DNA of 63,836 nucleotides, filler included, from Rhizaria sp. SCN 62-66 (lineage: Eukaryota), in NCBI GenBank assembly GCA_001724265.1. It is 5 parts of 5 records of this genome, joined end to end, with 100 filler letters (N's around TTAATTAATTAA, not from the genome) between each part and the next. Parts side by side here need not be neighbours in the genome. Positions count along the whole stretch, not along the records: positions 13,026 to 27,320 come from MEDY01000528.1; 4 more parts are not named here. The stretch is one strand, 5' to 3'. The position numbers were made by a program, and so were the translations under genes. The notes beneath the pieces are model-generated. The model was given only the letters and a program-made list of their open reading frames with translations. It was not told the origin of the DNA and ran no database searches. Every line of letters starts with the position of its first letter. Positions within the stretch are counted from its first letter, which is position 1. This document shows, in pieces, positions 13,026 through 24,532 of this stretch.

Positions 13026-15433
13026 CAACCGTATGGGCGCCAGCGAGTGCGAGGAGTGCCCGTCTGGCTCGTACCAGAACGAGATCGGCCAGGCCTCGTG
13101 CATGCTTTGCTCGCCCGGCACCTATACCGATGTCGCCGAAGCCACCCAGTGCACGGATTGCCCCATCGGCAAGTCGCAGCCGTTTGCCGGCGGCGAGGGC
13201 TGCCTGCCGTGCGAGGAAGGCACTTACGGTCTCGACGTCGGCCAGTCGCGCTGCCTGTCGTGCGCGCCCGGTACGTTCAACAACGCGACCGAGTCCACGT
13301 CATGCTCGACGTGCGTGGCTGGCAAGTATCAGGCGGTGCAGGGTCAGACAGTCTGCAACGACTGCCCGGCCGGCCGGTACGCGCCCGCTAACGCCGTCGA
13401 GTGCACCGTGTGCGAGAACGGCATGGCGAACGAGCTCACTGGCCAGGCCACATGCGTGCTCTGCGACCCCATCGTCTCGGTCCCCAACAAGGAGGCCACG
13501 GCGTGCGACTGCATTGCAGGCTACTACTTGGCCGACTACACCAATCTCACCACCTTGAAGCTCGAGGCCTACGTCCCTGGCTACAACAAGTTCGTCTGCC
13601 AGCCCTGTCCCACTGGCGCCGACTGCTCCAATGTCGGCAGCAAGTGGACCACGCTGCTCACCTCCGCCGGCTGGTGGCGTGCGACCAACGAGTCGTCCGA
13701 GTTCTACCGCTGCTCCATCCCCGACTACTGCCCCGGTGGCATTGCGCAGGCGTCGACGTTCGACGAGACCAGTGGCTCCGTGTGCGCGTCCGGCCGTCAG
13801 GGCGTGATGTGCAGCGAGTGCGCGCCTGGCATGCGCACCGGTATCGGTGGCATTTGCGAGGCCTGCCCCGACGACGCCGGCTCCTACATCGTCATGATCA
13901 TCGTGCTCATCATCATCGTCGCCCTGCTGCTGCTGTCCATCTGGCTGCTGTGGAAGGCTGGCGAGGACATGCTCAAGAGCGCGCAGGCCGCGCCGAAGCA
14001 GGAGGACGACGTTACCCAGGACAGCGACGACCTCTACGAGGACTCGGACAACGACGGTGAGCGCAAGACGAAGGATGGCAAGGACGACGCCGACATGGTT
14101 AGCGAGAGTCTCGACTCCGAGTCCGAGGCCGTAGTTGTCGACAACATTGACCCCTACTCTCCTGCACACATCAACCGCATGCTGCCCGGCCCCCCGCTGC
14201 CGCCGCCCAACTTCACGTACAAGCTCAAAATCTTCCTGTCTTTCATCCAAATTGCCACGCACATCGGCACCGGGCTGGAGATTCAGTGGCCTAGCACGTT
14301 TAAGTCGTTCATCCTGTTTTTCGACTTCTTGAACTTTGACTACATCTTCAGCTCGATCACCTCGGCCGAATGCTACGATGCCGTCAACTACTACTCGTCT
14401 TACGTCGTTTTCGTGTGCCTGCCCGCTGCGATTGTAGCCTTTGTGCTGCTCTTCTGGATCCTGCCGCGCCACTTCAACCTCTTCTGTCTCGTGGCTCATC
14501 ATCCTGTACGCGCTCTTCCTCCTCTACCCGATCGTGTCCAGCACGATTCTCAACCACTACGTGTGCAAGACGATCCGTGATTCGCAGAACTCGTACTCGT
14601 TCCTGCTCGTCGACCTCTCGGTAACGTGCAAGACCGACACTTGGTGGCTCTTTGCCTACATCGGCTTCCCGCTCATCCTCGTCTACCCCATCGGTATCCC
14701 AGCCTTCTTCTTCGGCATCCTGTACACACACCGCAAGCAGCTGCACATGAGCCAGGTCCAGGCTCAGTTCGGCTTCCTCTACGCTGGCTACCGCGACGCC
14801 ACGTGGTGGTGGGAGCTTGCCGATACTTTCCACAAGCTCATCCAGACCTCGATTCTTGCTTTCCTCCCTCTGCTCGCGCAGCTGCCCTTCGGCATGGGCG
14901 TCGCAATCGTGTACCTCATGGCCATCCTGCTCTTCAACCCGTACCTGCGCAAGGAAGACGACGCGCTTGCGATGCTGTGCCAGAACTTGATCTTCCTGCT
15001 CATGCTCGCCGGCTACTTCTTCCAGATCGAGGAGAACGTCAAGCTCTCAACTTCCGAGGACGTCGGTATGACCCTCTGTCTTCTCTTTGCCGCCGGCGTT
15101 TTCCTGGCCGCGTTCGTCTACTACCTCGGCCGCGCGCTGGTGCTCATGGCGATCGAGCTGCGCCAAAAGTTCTGCCCCAAGAAGACCGCGCCCAAGGACC
15201 TTAAGAACCTCGAGGCGGACGAGGCCGAGGCCGACGTCGCCGAGGGTGGCGAGGTCATTGACGAGGAGGCCTTCACCTCCGATGACGACGACGACGAGAC
15301 CAGTGGTGACAGTAACAACGGCATGGGCGAGGATGAGACTGAGCCCTCCGTCTCGGGCTCAGGCTCTGGTGCTGGCTCAGGTGCCTCCGACAGCGAGGCC
15401 TCTGGCTCTGGTTCTGGTTCCGAGGATGAGTAA
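13026..15433 (+). CDS. Cys-rich (GCC2/GCC3, ephrin-receptor-like repeat) multi-pass receptor-like protein, 5'-partial, frameshift near 14490
   Basis: Tandem C-x2-G-x-Y/F...C-x2-C repeats, then TM helices with KIFLSFIQI and QFGFLYAGYR...WWWEL, motifs typical of protist Cys-rich 7TM-like proteins. The coding signal moves from frame 13033 to frame 14441 near 14485-14495. Stop TAA. Confidence 0.8.
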
Positions 15434-16602
15434 GCATGTTGTTGCTAGTGCAGCAGCGTGCTGTTGTCTGAAACTCAGTCACGTCACCGTGTGATGAGTC
15501 TCTCCCTTCGTTTTTTCTCCTACAATACGTTCATTCTAGCTAGTTCCCCTTCCATTATCCCTTTTAAAAACAAAGGTTACAATATTTTCTCAACTGATTG
15601 CGTACTAGCCTTTCATTTGAGCTCTTATGTCTTTTTGTCTGTTCCTGTGCTCTCGTCTCGCAACTCTTCCACAAACGCACCTGCTTCTTGTCTCGCGAGT
15701 CAGTGAGTCAGTCAAGTGAGTGTGTGAATGTGTTTGTAAGTTTGTGTGGGTAAAGCTGAGCAGCAGGTCGGCGATGACGGGAGAGGTCGAGTGCTACGCA
15801 TTCATCTAGTTCCATGTCATAAGTCAGCTTATGTTAAATGTTATCTGTGACCGTTATTTGTGTGTTTGATTGTTTGTGTTCATGTTTGAAACTTTTTTTA
15901 ACAGCCGTTGCAGCTAAGATTTGTACTGCTCGGCCACTAGTACGAGGTAGCTACTAGTTTTAAAAAAAAATAGTTTTTTAAGTCGCCTCTTGTTGTTTTC
16001 TGTTGTCGTTTAACTATTATTTGCTCCTTTTTCATTCTCCTCTTGCCTCTTTCTTGGTCTCGTCATAGTTTAGGAGTCAACAGCCTGTCGTTAGTCAGCT
16101 AGTAATGTGGATTATGCTACTCGTGCTATTGCGCGTTGTTTAGTAAATGGTAGCTCCATGCTGGTGTTATTTTATTACTGTATCTGCTTCATCATGTAAA
16201 TAAGGTGTTTTATTGGTCATGGCCATGGCTTTTCTGTTTCAGTGCTGACACTATCGCCGCATCTTGGGTCTTTTTAGGATGAGTTATTACGATCTAAGTA
16301 TTGTTGCAGCACAGTGCAGTGTAGTCCGTATGCGTATATGCCAGTAGGTGCATGTCGCCTCTGCGTACTAAATTGATTCAACTGTTATTATGTACTACTT
16401 CCTTCCCTGTATACTCGCCGCCCATTGCGTTGCTTGTCTTGACAGAAATACAACTCAATTTGATTAGTCATTTCACTCGATCACAATCTGGAATAACGAA
16501 CTATTCATTTGAACAAGAGATGCATCATTCGCCTCGACTTAGGCTGCTGATCACATGTTTTGCTACCAACTCGCTCCACTCCGCCGTGCATTGACATACA
16601 GT

Positions 16603-17295
16603 TCACTGCTTGTGAGGCTTGAACTTGGGCGGGTTGATGAAGAACGAGCCCTCCTTGTCGGAGAAGTTGTTGTGCCACTCATCCCGGATGCTCTGCTGCA
16701 CGGCCTCGGCGCCGGCGCTCTGCGTCCACAGCGCGAGCCGCACGTACCGCGGGCGCGCCGACACGACGGCGCCGGAGATGTCGTCCGAGTGCGTGAAGTA
16801 CTCGCCGATGAGCGCCAGCAGCGTCCACAGCCAGCAGTTGTTGACGGCCTCCTCGCTGCCGGGTGGGAACTCGAAGAGCCACATGCCGCCGTTGGCGTTG
16901 GCGGGATGCTCCCACTCGGCCTTGATGCCCTGCTTGAACATGAAGTAGTCTGCTCCGTCGGGGAGGCTGCCCGCGGGGACGAGGTTGTTGTACAGACGCC
17001 AGAAGCCCTCAACGGTGTTGAAGTCCACGATCGGCTGCGGGTTCCAGTCCGCGGTGGACTTGGAGTACCACATCGTCCACGTGTGTTGCAGCGGGTGCAG
17101 CTTCTCCCCCGCAACGTTCGACGCTACACTGGACGAGGACGCAGTAGCAGCAGCAGCAACGGGCGCGGAAACGACGGCCTCAGCAGAGGTTAAGTCAGCA
17201 GTCGCGGAAGCGGCAGCAGGAGCCACAACAGCACCGGCCGTGGGAGACGACGTGTCGGCCACGGCAGGGGCGCTGCTCTCAACTACTTCGGACAT
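16603..17295 (-). CDS. eIF4E: Translation initiation factor 4E family cap-binding protein, 230 aa, intronless CDS
   Basis: HPLQHTWTMWY, FNTVEGFWRLYNN, DYFMFKQGIKAEWEHPANANGGMW, WLWTLLALIGE, GAVVSAR and RLALWT. ATG 17295 follows a CTAAC...CAG acceptor. Stop TGA. Confidence 0.95.
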   Translation of the reverse strand: MSEVVESSAPAVADTSSPTAGAVVAPAAASATADLTSAEAVVSAPVAAAATASSSSVASNVAGEKLHPLQHTWTMWYSKSTADWNPQPIVDFNTVEGFWRLYNNLVPAGSLPDGADYFMFKQGIKAEWEHPANANGGMWLFEFPPGSEEAVNNCWLWTLLALIGEYFTHSDDISGAVVSARPRYVRLALWTQSAGAEAVQQSIRDEWHNNFSDKEGSFFINPPKFKPHKQ

Positions 17296-18063
17296 GGACC
17301 TGTGAGTTAGGAGACTAGGTGGGGAGAGAGGTATACAAAGACACGGCGACAAACAAAAAGGAAGTTAGATAATACCGCTCATATATAAACCATATTTGCA
17401 ACTCTCATTCGAAAAAAACGATTAAAACATCTGTAACCCACATCAAAACAACCAGCAGCCTTCAGCTTGCTCTCGCTCCGTGGTCGATTGGTGGGGACTG
17501 CAGACTCTGCAGACCGGGGCTGACCACAAAATGGTTTTTGCAATTGTCACGGCGCGAAGCAAGCCACTGGCTCTGTAGCGCGGCAACCAGTCGAATCGCC
17601 GAGCCTTTCGGCGAATATGGTGCAAGCACTTCGTCGCGAGTTATAGGGACGAGCACGGTGCATACGCACGTCAAAATGGTGATTTGGCATATAACGCACT
17701 TGTTTTACCTTATGAATATTAACTGTAGCGCCGATGGAGCGCTGGAATAGGCTTTGCAAAGAGATCGAAAAGTTGCGCTGAGCACAACTCTCGAGAGCGC
17801 CAACGTCTTTTTGGTTTTTGGCATTATCTGCACCGTGCTGCCCATATATTCGTGTCTAGGTACCGAATTTGTGTATAAACCTTTTCTTTTTATCTTTCAC
17901 GGTGCTAAATAATGTAACTTGTGCGTATATTTGTCACATTTCAATGTTCGTTGAACGCACGTCCGCCCTAAAACTGCTGACACCCGGCTCACGGCAAACA
18001 AAAAAACCCTGTATGGCCTCTATTTGCTTCCTATTCCCGCCATAATTATGTTTTCCGCGCAGA

Positions 18064-19903
18064 ATGTCCACTGAGGCTGAAGTCTCTACCAACTCCGCCC
18101 CTGACGCCAGCGCCGTGTACGTCGACAAGGGGTCTAAGGAGGTCGACGGCGTCCTCGGCTGCCTCACCCCCAAGCAACAGGAGGCTCTCGATGTCCTTAA
18201 GGCCAACCCCGTACGTCACACATCTCGTTCTGCCTGTTTATCTATTATGTGTATCTGTCTTAATCCCATGTTTCCCCGCTGTATATTCCCAACAGGGCGC
18301 ATATATCCTCCGTTTTCCCCTCTTCGTCATCGTCCGCGCACTGTACCCTTCGCGCTTCATTTTTAACTTGCCTCGTCTCATGTCCTCTTTTTTTGTCTTT
18401 TATTCCCTTGTGTACCGTGTCCACGCCTTGCTTGTACAGGACTGCGCGGGCCTTGACGACCGCGCGCTGCTGCGCTTCCTGCGCTCGCGTCAGTTCCGCA
18501 TCCCCGAGTCAACCGAGATGGCGGTCAACTACCTCAAGTGGTACAACGACAACCACATCGCCGAGATGGCCGCGTCGCTGCCCGGCAAGGTCGAGCTCAT
18601 GGGCCGCCTCGTCCCGCACGCCTTTCACGGCTTTGACCGCCACGGCCACCCGGTGTACATCGAGCGCGCGGGCGCGATTGACCCGTACCTGCTCATGTCC
18701 CAGGTCTCGGACAACGAAATTCTCATGTCGCACGTGTGGGGCCAGGAGAACCAGATCCGCCGCTGCGATGAGTCGTCCAGAGCGCGCGGCCTGCCCCCCG
18801 GCTCGATCGAGCGCTTCACGACGCTGATGGACCTTAAGGGCATGACCATGACGCACCGCGCGTGCCTCAAGTTCACCAAGAAGATCACCGAGTGGGACGA
18901 GAAGTACGTCCTACCCACATATATAACAACACACACACGCACACACATGTATAACGCGCTAGCAAGAGTCTGTGTAAATATAATACTCTGCGGTATCCGA
19001 CATCTCACACGACATCAATTGATCATGTTAAATTGTAATGTGGCCGCAAACTATCTTTTTTCTCTTCTTCGACATCACTGATCTCTATCCCGTTTGTTCA
19101 ACCCCGCCTCATCGTTACACAGGTACTACCCCGAGCGCATGGGCTACGTGGTCGTGGTGAACCCGCCGGGCATCTTCTCCCTGTTCTGGAACATCGTCAA
19201 GCTGTGGCTGGATCCCGTCACCAAGTCCAAGATTGTCGTCTGCAAGAACGGTTTCGACGCCCTCCACGAGCTCATCGACCCCTCCCAGCTGCCCGCACGT
19301 TACGGCGGCACGAGCACCGAGCCCGGGCTGGAGGAGGCGCTTGCGGACCCCGACTACGCGGCCATGCGCGCCGAGTTCCAGTCGGACGCGGCGTGGGTCG
19401 GCCGTCTGACCGACATCTCGCTCGCGTCAGGGCAGAAGCACCGTCTGGAGCTCGCCGTCGAGCCCCATGAGACGTACGAGTGGTTCTTCAAGTGCGACGA
19501 GCCCGTGGGCTTCCAGGCGCGTTTCTACCCTACCGGCACGCCCGTGACCGCGCCCGACACGGACGCCAACGTGCTCATCGTGACCAACTGGTCGCGCTGC
19601 GAAGCCAACAAAGTGCCCAACCAGGGCGCGCACACGGGCGACGGTGCCGGCACGCTCGTGCTGCTATGGGACAACGATAACTGGTGGGGCGCCAAGCAGC
19701 TCACCTTCGGCGCCGACCACGCCCGGCCTCGGCCCCACCTCACTGCTGACGCTGCGCACGCCGCTGCGCCTGCTGCTGCGTCGGCCGCTGCGCCTGCCGC
19801 TGCTGCTGTTGCTGTGGAGGGCAAGGCCGAGGCCAAGACTGATGGCGAGGCGGATGGCGAGGGCGAGAGCGCCGCCGCTGAGAGCAAGCCCGAGGACGCG
19901 TAA
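18064..19903 (+). CDS. SEC14-like CRAL-TRIO lipid-binding protein with C-terminal GOLD domain, ~463 aa; join(18064..18210,18440..18903,19123..19903)
   Basis: LLRFLRSRQF, HGFDRHGHPVYIERAG, MDLKG, YYPERM (formed across the splice), WLDPVTKSKI, LPARYGG and a GOLD-like GTLVLLWDN. Two GTACGT...CAG introns keep the frame. Stop TAA. Confidence 0.93.
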
Positions 19904-20899
19904 ATCGCATCTAAACCACCCAAGTTAGAAAACATAGCAATGTCAAGTGTCTCGACTTAGCAAAACAGCATAGAGAGCTGGAACAGTCGTGCTTATCCGA
20001 GGGAAAACGAAAAAGAAATTCTCGCAAATTGATAGGATTTCTTCTTCTTCGCCTGCTTTCTTTGCTTTGCTTTTGTTTCTGTTTGTGATTTGTGATTATG
20101 GCAAAGCTCAAGGAAACATATGAGTCTGAGTCTGTGTGTAATCATGCGTGAACTTATTGTTTTTCTTTACGAGAGCACAGTGCATGTGCTTCTTGTTATT
20201 ACCTGTCTGTCACTCTTAACACCCATACGTCTCGTGGATTGCTCATGTTGCGAGCTGCAGAGTGACTAGATGGGTTGTCCAAATGAACGATATACCTTGA
20301 CTGTGACGTATTTGTGTATGTGTGTGTATTGTGTTAGTCCAAGTTTGTCTGCTCGTGTATATGTGTGTTTCCATGTGAGTGCGTGTGCTCAGTCCGCTTT
20401 CTGTGCATCTGCGTGCGTGCTACTTTGTTGTTCTCGTTCTGTCATGTTTCTTGTACGATACTCAGCACTGTGCGTCGCTCTGCTCCGCTCCCTTCCGTGT
20501 CTCATTAACTTTTCTTTCACTTTGCATTGTCGTGTGCTCACACATGCTGCTTAGCATCTGTTTAGTCTCGTATATGTACAAACTAACAGTGATTGATATA
20601 ACCTTATACGTAGTCGTTTTAAAACATTCGCTAACTAATTGTGTATGTGTAATGATCAAAACAAATCAAACGATTTCTCTCAATCTAAATCTCAGTTACC
20701 GTCCGCTGTAAATCTGCAGTTCAGAACGTCCGAGGTATAGAACGATTTTTTCTTCAATCTGCTACAATAAACAGCTTCTATTCTAAACAACGACAACAAA
20801 TATCAAAAATACGTAATCATCATGCTCACTTTGTATTTACACTGTCGTCGCGGTCTGCAGGATGGCCCTGCCGTGCACGGTCTTGTCGGAGACAAGAAC

Positions 20900-20954
20900 A
20901 CTGACACTGATACATACATAAGCCTGATCTGATAATGCATGTATCAGTGTCAGT
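20900..20954. repeat. Perfect 16-bp inverted repeat (hairpin, 23-nt loop)
   Basis: ACTGACACTGATACAT (20900-20915) pairs with ATGTATCAGTGTCAGT (20939-20954). Confidence 0.9.
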
Positions 20955-21152
20955 ATTGTTCAACTTCTTTGTCACAGCATGTTCTTTTTTTAATTTTAAA
21001 AAAAAAATACGTCTTGGTCCGACTACATCACGAAATAATAGTGTTCAGTTTGCTCTTCGTTGAGGTCACTTGACTCGCAAGCAGTCTGTCACTCACTGCT
21101 CACGGTCGCTGCTCACGGTCACTGCTCACAGTCGCTGCCACTGCGCACTCAC

Positions 21153-23942
21153 TCAATTGAGGATCTTGCCCAGCACGACTGCGAGCCCAGCCGCGGCGGC
21201 CGTGGACAACGACAGCGACAGCGCAGCGACCCGCGGCCGCTTGGCCACACAGTCAGCCAGCTTGTGCAGGCCTGAGCTCACGACGGCGGCCGCGGCCTCA
21301 ATGTTGCCCGCCCCCGCTCCCGCCGCTCCCGCCGCCGCACTTGCAGCCGCAGTGGCACTCGCCGTCGCAGTTGCAGCAGAGACGCCCGGCGACGCGCCCT
21401 TGCTGCCGTTTCCCGTCCCCCCAGTGACAGCGCCGCCGGTCGCGCCTGAAAGCGACCCCGAGGCGGCGGTGGCGCTACGCTTGACCCTCTGCGGCGACGT
21501 AGCGCCCCCGCGGAAGAGCCCCGCGCCGGCCCCCGCGGCGGCGGTCAGCGAGGCGGGCTCCAGCAGCGCCAGCGCGGCGCCCGCGACCCCACCCGGCGGC
21601 GGCAGCGCGCGCGCGGTGGCGTCGGCCAGCACAGCCTGCGCGGCGGCGACGGCGGCGGCGCGCTCGGCCAGCGCGGTCAGCGCGTCGGCGCGGACTTGGT
21701 ACTCGCGCAGAGGCTCCACCAGCCACGTAGGGTGCTCGTTGGCGCGCACCAGCGCCAGCGGGGCCGCGGCGGCGGGCAGCGTGAGGCAGCACACGCCCTC
21801 GCTCGCGAAACGGACCGAGAGCTTTGAGGCCGGCAGCAGCTGCGCGAGTGCCAACGATGCGGCCGTCGCGACGGGGCTGCTGCTGCTGCCGCTGTTAGAG
21901 AGGGAAACTGTAGAGTCGGCTGCCGCGTCGGTCTCGGCGCCAGAGTCGACGGATGACAGTGACTGAGCCTGACGCGACTGCGCCTGCGATTGGGGGACGA
22001 AGAAGGACAGGACGTCGGTGACATTGGTCTCGCGCTCGAAGCACGTCAGCGCGAGGGTCGACGTGCCCGCGGCAGCGGGGCGGAAAAACGCCGGATCGGC
22101 GTCAGGCACCAGCGAAACCAAGTTGTACGAGAACATGAGGTGGGTCTGGTTGCTGAGGGACGCCGCAGCGGCCGAGTTGAGGCAGTAGACGCCGTTGGCG
22201 GACCAGGGGTACTCGCGGTCACTCTGCTGCTGCTTCTTATCTTCGTCGTCAGTCATATTAGTCGCGGCAGTCGCGCTGCCGTCGCCGCTGGCGTTGCTGT
22301 TGTTGCTGCTGCTGGTAGGAGTCAGGAGGCCGGCCTCGGCCTTCGCGAGAGCCGCGTACACATGCGCGAAGACGTACCCAGTGCAGTAGGCATCAAACGC
22401 GGCCTCGTGGAAGCGGCCAGACTCCTCCGTGTACACTGCTTCGTCGATGAGCGTGATCGCGGCGGGCGCGGCCGCCATGGCCAGGGCGCGCTGCTCCTCG
22501 GTCACAAACACGTTGTACGCCGAGTCCTTGGGCGCGAGGCTGCTCGTCAGCGACGGCGCCGCTGGCAAGCTCACGGTCACGGGCGAGCTCACGGTCACTG
22601 GCGAGCCCACAGTCGCACTGGCGTCGGCGCCGCGCGAATCCCCCTCATCCTGCTGCTGCTGTTGCTGCGGGGCGGGCTCGGGGAGGGCGAAGGCGGGCAG
22701 CGCGCCGCGGTCGGCGTCCTCGCGCGCGCGCTGCACGGCGACGAAGGTGCGGAACAGCTGTTCCAAGTGCGTGCGCTCAGAGTGGATATAGCACGGCAGC
22801 GCGCGGTACTCGGGGCTGCCGTAGAGAAACTTGGTGCAGAAGGCGACGGGGAAGAGCGAGCTGAAGAGCGCGGTGAAGCCAGCGAACGAGTCGGGGAGGT
22901 CGCACTCGAAGGCTTGGACCATGAAGAGGAAGTCGAACAGGCAGTTGTGGCCCACAATCGGCACCTTGGACGACGTCAGCATGTTCCATATGCTGCGGAA
23001 ACCAACCTTGGCGTCGAACTCGGCCAGCCGCTTCGCCTGCGCGCGCGCGCGGGCCGCCGCGACCTGGGACTGCGTCAGGAGACTAGCGTAGGAGATGGTG
23101 CCCCAGCCAGCACCCGCCACAGGCGCAGCAGCACTCGCACTCACAGAGGCAGAGACAGAGGCAGAGGCAGTGGCAGTGGCGTTTGCGGGGCGCGAGTTGA
23201 ACGCGAGCGCGCGGTCGTCAGGCATGGGGAAGCGGGCACGGATGCGCTCGTAGATAGCGGCGCGCAGGAACGAGTTGCAGTCCGCGATGGCGTGCTCGAG
23301 TGGCGGCAGCTCGCTGGTGTCCTCGCCGGCCGCGTCGCGCGCCACGCGGGCGTCGAGCTCGGCAGCGTTGGCGGCGTAGAAGGCCGAGAAGGCCTCGACT
23401 TGCGCGTCCACGAACGCGGCGTCGGCGGGCTTGGTCAGGGTAATCGCGCGCCGGTTGTCCTTGGTGTCCTTGCCGCGCGCGGCGGCGTCGTCGCGTTCGG
23501 TGTCGCGCTGCAGCTTGACGCGGAGCTGGTGCTCGGCGGCGGCGTTGACGTAGCCCACGCTCTGGGAGATCCACTTGGACCAGTCCATGTTGTGCTTGGT
23601 GTTGAAGTCGACGGCCGAGAGCTCGAGCCGGACGACGGGGCCGCAGTCGGAGTCGCGCGTCGGCAGTACGTAGAAGTTGTAGGGGCGCGCGATGAGCTTG
23701 CTCGGGTCCTCGGGGTCCTCGTGGAAGAGACAGATGCCCATTTGGATGATGCTGAAGGCCATGGCGGCGGTCCGCATCTTGAGGTAGCGCGTCTCGATCG
23801 AGTCGAGGACGTCGGAGGAAAACTCGCGGCCGGGCATCGAGATGCCGGTCATCTCCTCATCCAGGGAGATGAAGCGCGCCGTGGGGATCAGGGTCGCCAA
23901 CTCGGCGGCCACTTCGGCGAAGTTGGACTTGGTCACTTCCAT
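21153..23942 (-). CDS. PARN/PNLDC1-like CAF1-family DEDDh 3'-5' ribonuclease, 929 aa, intronless
   Basis: MEVTKSNF, ISLDEEMTG, IQMGIC, PYNFY, R3H-like CNSFLRAAIYE, VGHNCLFD and FHEAAFDAYCTG. Stop TGA. Confidence 0.92.
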   Translation of the reverse strand: MEVTKSNFAEVAAELATLIPTARFISLDEEMTGISMPGREFSSDVLDSIETRYLKMRTAAMAFSIIQMGICLFHEDPEDPSKLIARPYNFYVLPTRDSDCGPVVRLELSAVDFNTKHNMDWSKWISQSVGYVNAAAEHQLRVKLQRDTERDDAAARGKDTKDNRRAITLTKPADAAFVDAQVEAFSAFYAANAAELDARVARDAAGEDTSELPPLEHAIADCNSFLRAAIYERIRARFPMPDDRALAFNSRPANATATASASVSASVSASAAAPVAGAGWGTISYASLLTQSQVAAARARAQAKRLAEFDAKVGFRSIWNMLTSSKVPIVGHNCLFDFLFMVQAFECDLPDSFAGFTALFSSLFPVAFCTKFLYGSPEYRALPCYIHSERTHLEQLFRTFVAVQRAREDADRGALPAFALPEPAPQQQQQQDEGDSRGADASATVGSPVTVSSPVTVSLPAAPSLTSSLAPKDSAYNVFVTEEQRALAMAAAPAAITLIDEAVYTEESGRFHEAAFDAYCTGYVFAHVYAALAKAEAGLLTPTSSSNNSNASGDGSATAATNMTDDEDKKQQQSDREYPWSANGVYCLNSAAAASLSNQTHLMFSYNLVSLVPDADPAFFRPAAAGTSTLALTCFERETNVTDVLSFFVPQSQAQSRQAQSLSSVDSGAETDAAADSTVSLSNSGSSSSPVATAASLALAQLLPASKLSVRFASEGVCCLTLPAAAAPLALVRANEHPTWLVEPLREYQVRADALTALAERAAAVAAAQAVLADATARALPPPGGVAGAALALLEPASLTAAAGAGAGLFRGGATSPQRVKRSATAASGSLSGATGGAVTGGTGNGSKGASPGVSAATATASATAAASAAAGAAGAGAGNIEAAAAVVSSGLHKLADCVAKRPRVAALSLSLSTAAAAGLAVVLGKILN

Positions 23943-24532
23943 GCTGTAGCGGGAGAAGCGAACAAGCTAGACAGCAGGTACGTGGGGAGCAGGTGCAGAA
24001 AAGAGTGCAAAGTTGACAAATAAGAGAGTGGTTGATAAGTGGTTATGAGGGTAGAAAACGTAGGTGTAGTTGTTATGAGTCAGAGCACGAGCGAGGAGGA
24101 AGATGCAAGGAGCGAAAGCAAAGGACCGATATGCAACTGGGCGGGAAGTTCAGTGGATGGAAGATAAAGCGAGCAAGGGTTAAGCATAAGATAGTATATT
24201 AAACGACTTTCATAAATAACGTCGAACATAACATGAATACCACCGCGATGTGGTCCTTTCATGGAGATATTACTGCCACAAATCCACCCGCACAAAGCCT
24301 GCACGGCTCTGGTCACGGCGCGTTTTTGTGGCTGGCTGGCCAGTCGACCGAAACGACCGTGGGCAATCTGACTGGGCCGTTACCGTGAGCTATCGAGGAG
24401 ACGAGGTCAAACACGTGAAACGGGGGTCTGATGTCGTTTTCTGAAATTGTAATTTATACATGTCATAAAATTTGTAGTGCATTTATAGCTGACAGTCCTT
24501 TTTTCTCTGTTGACGTTGCCCCCAGGCCGCCT

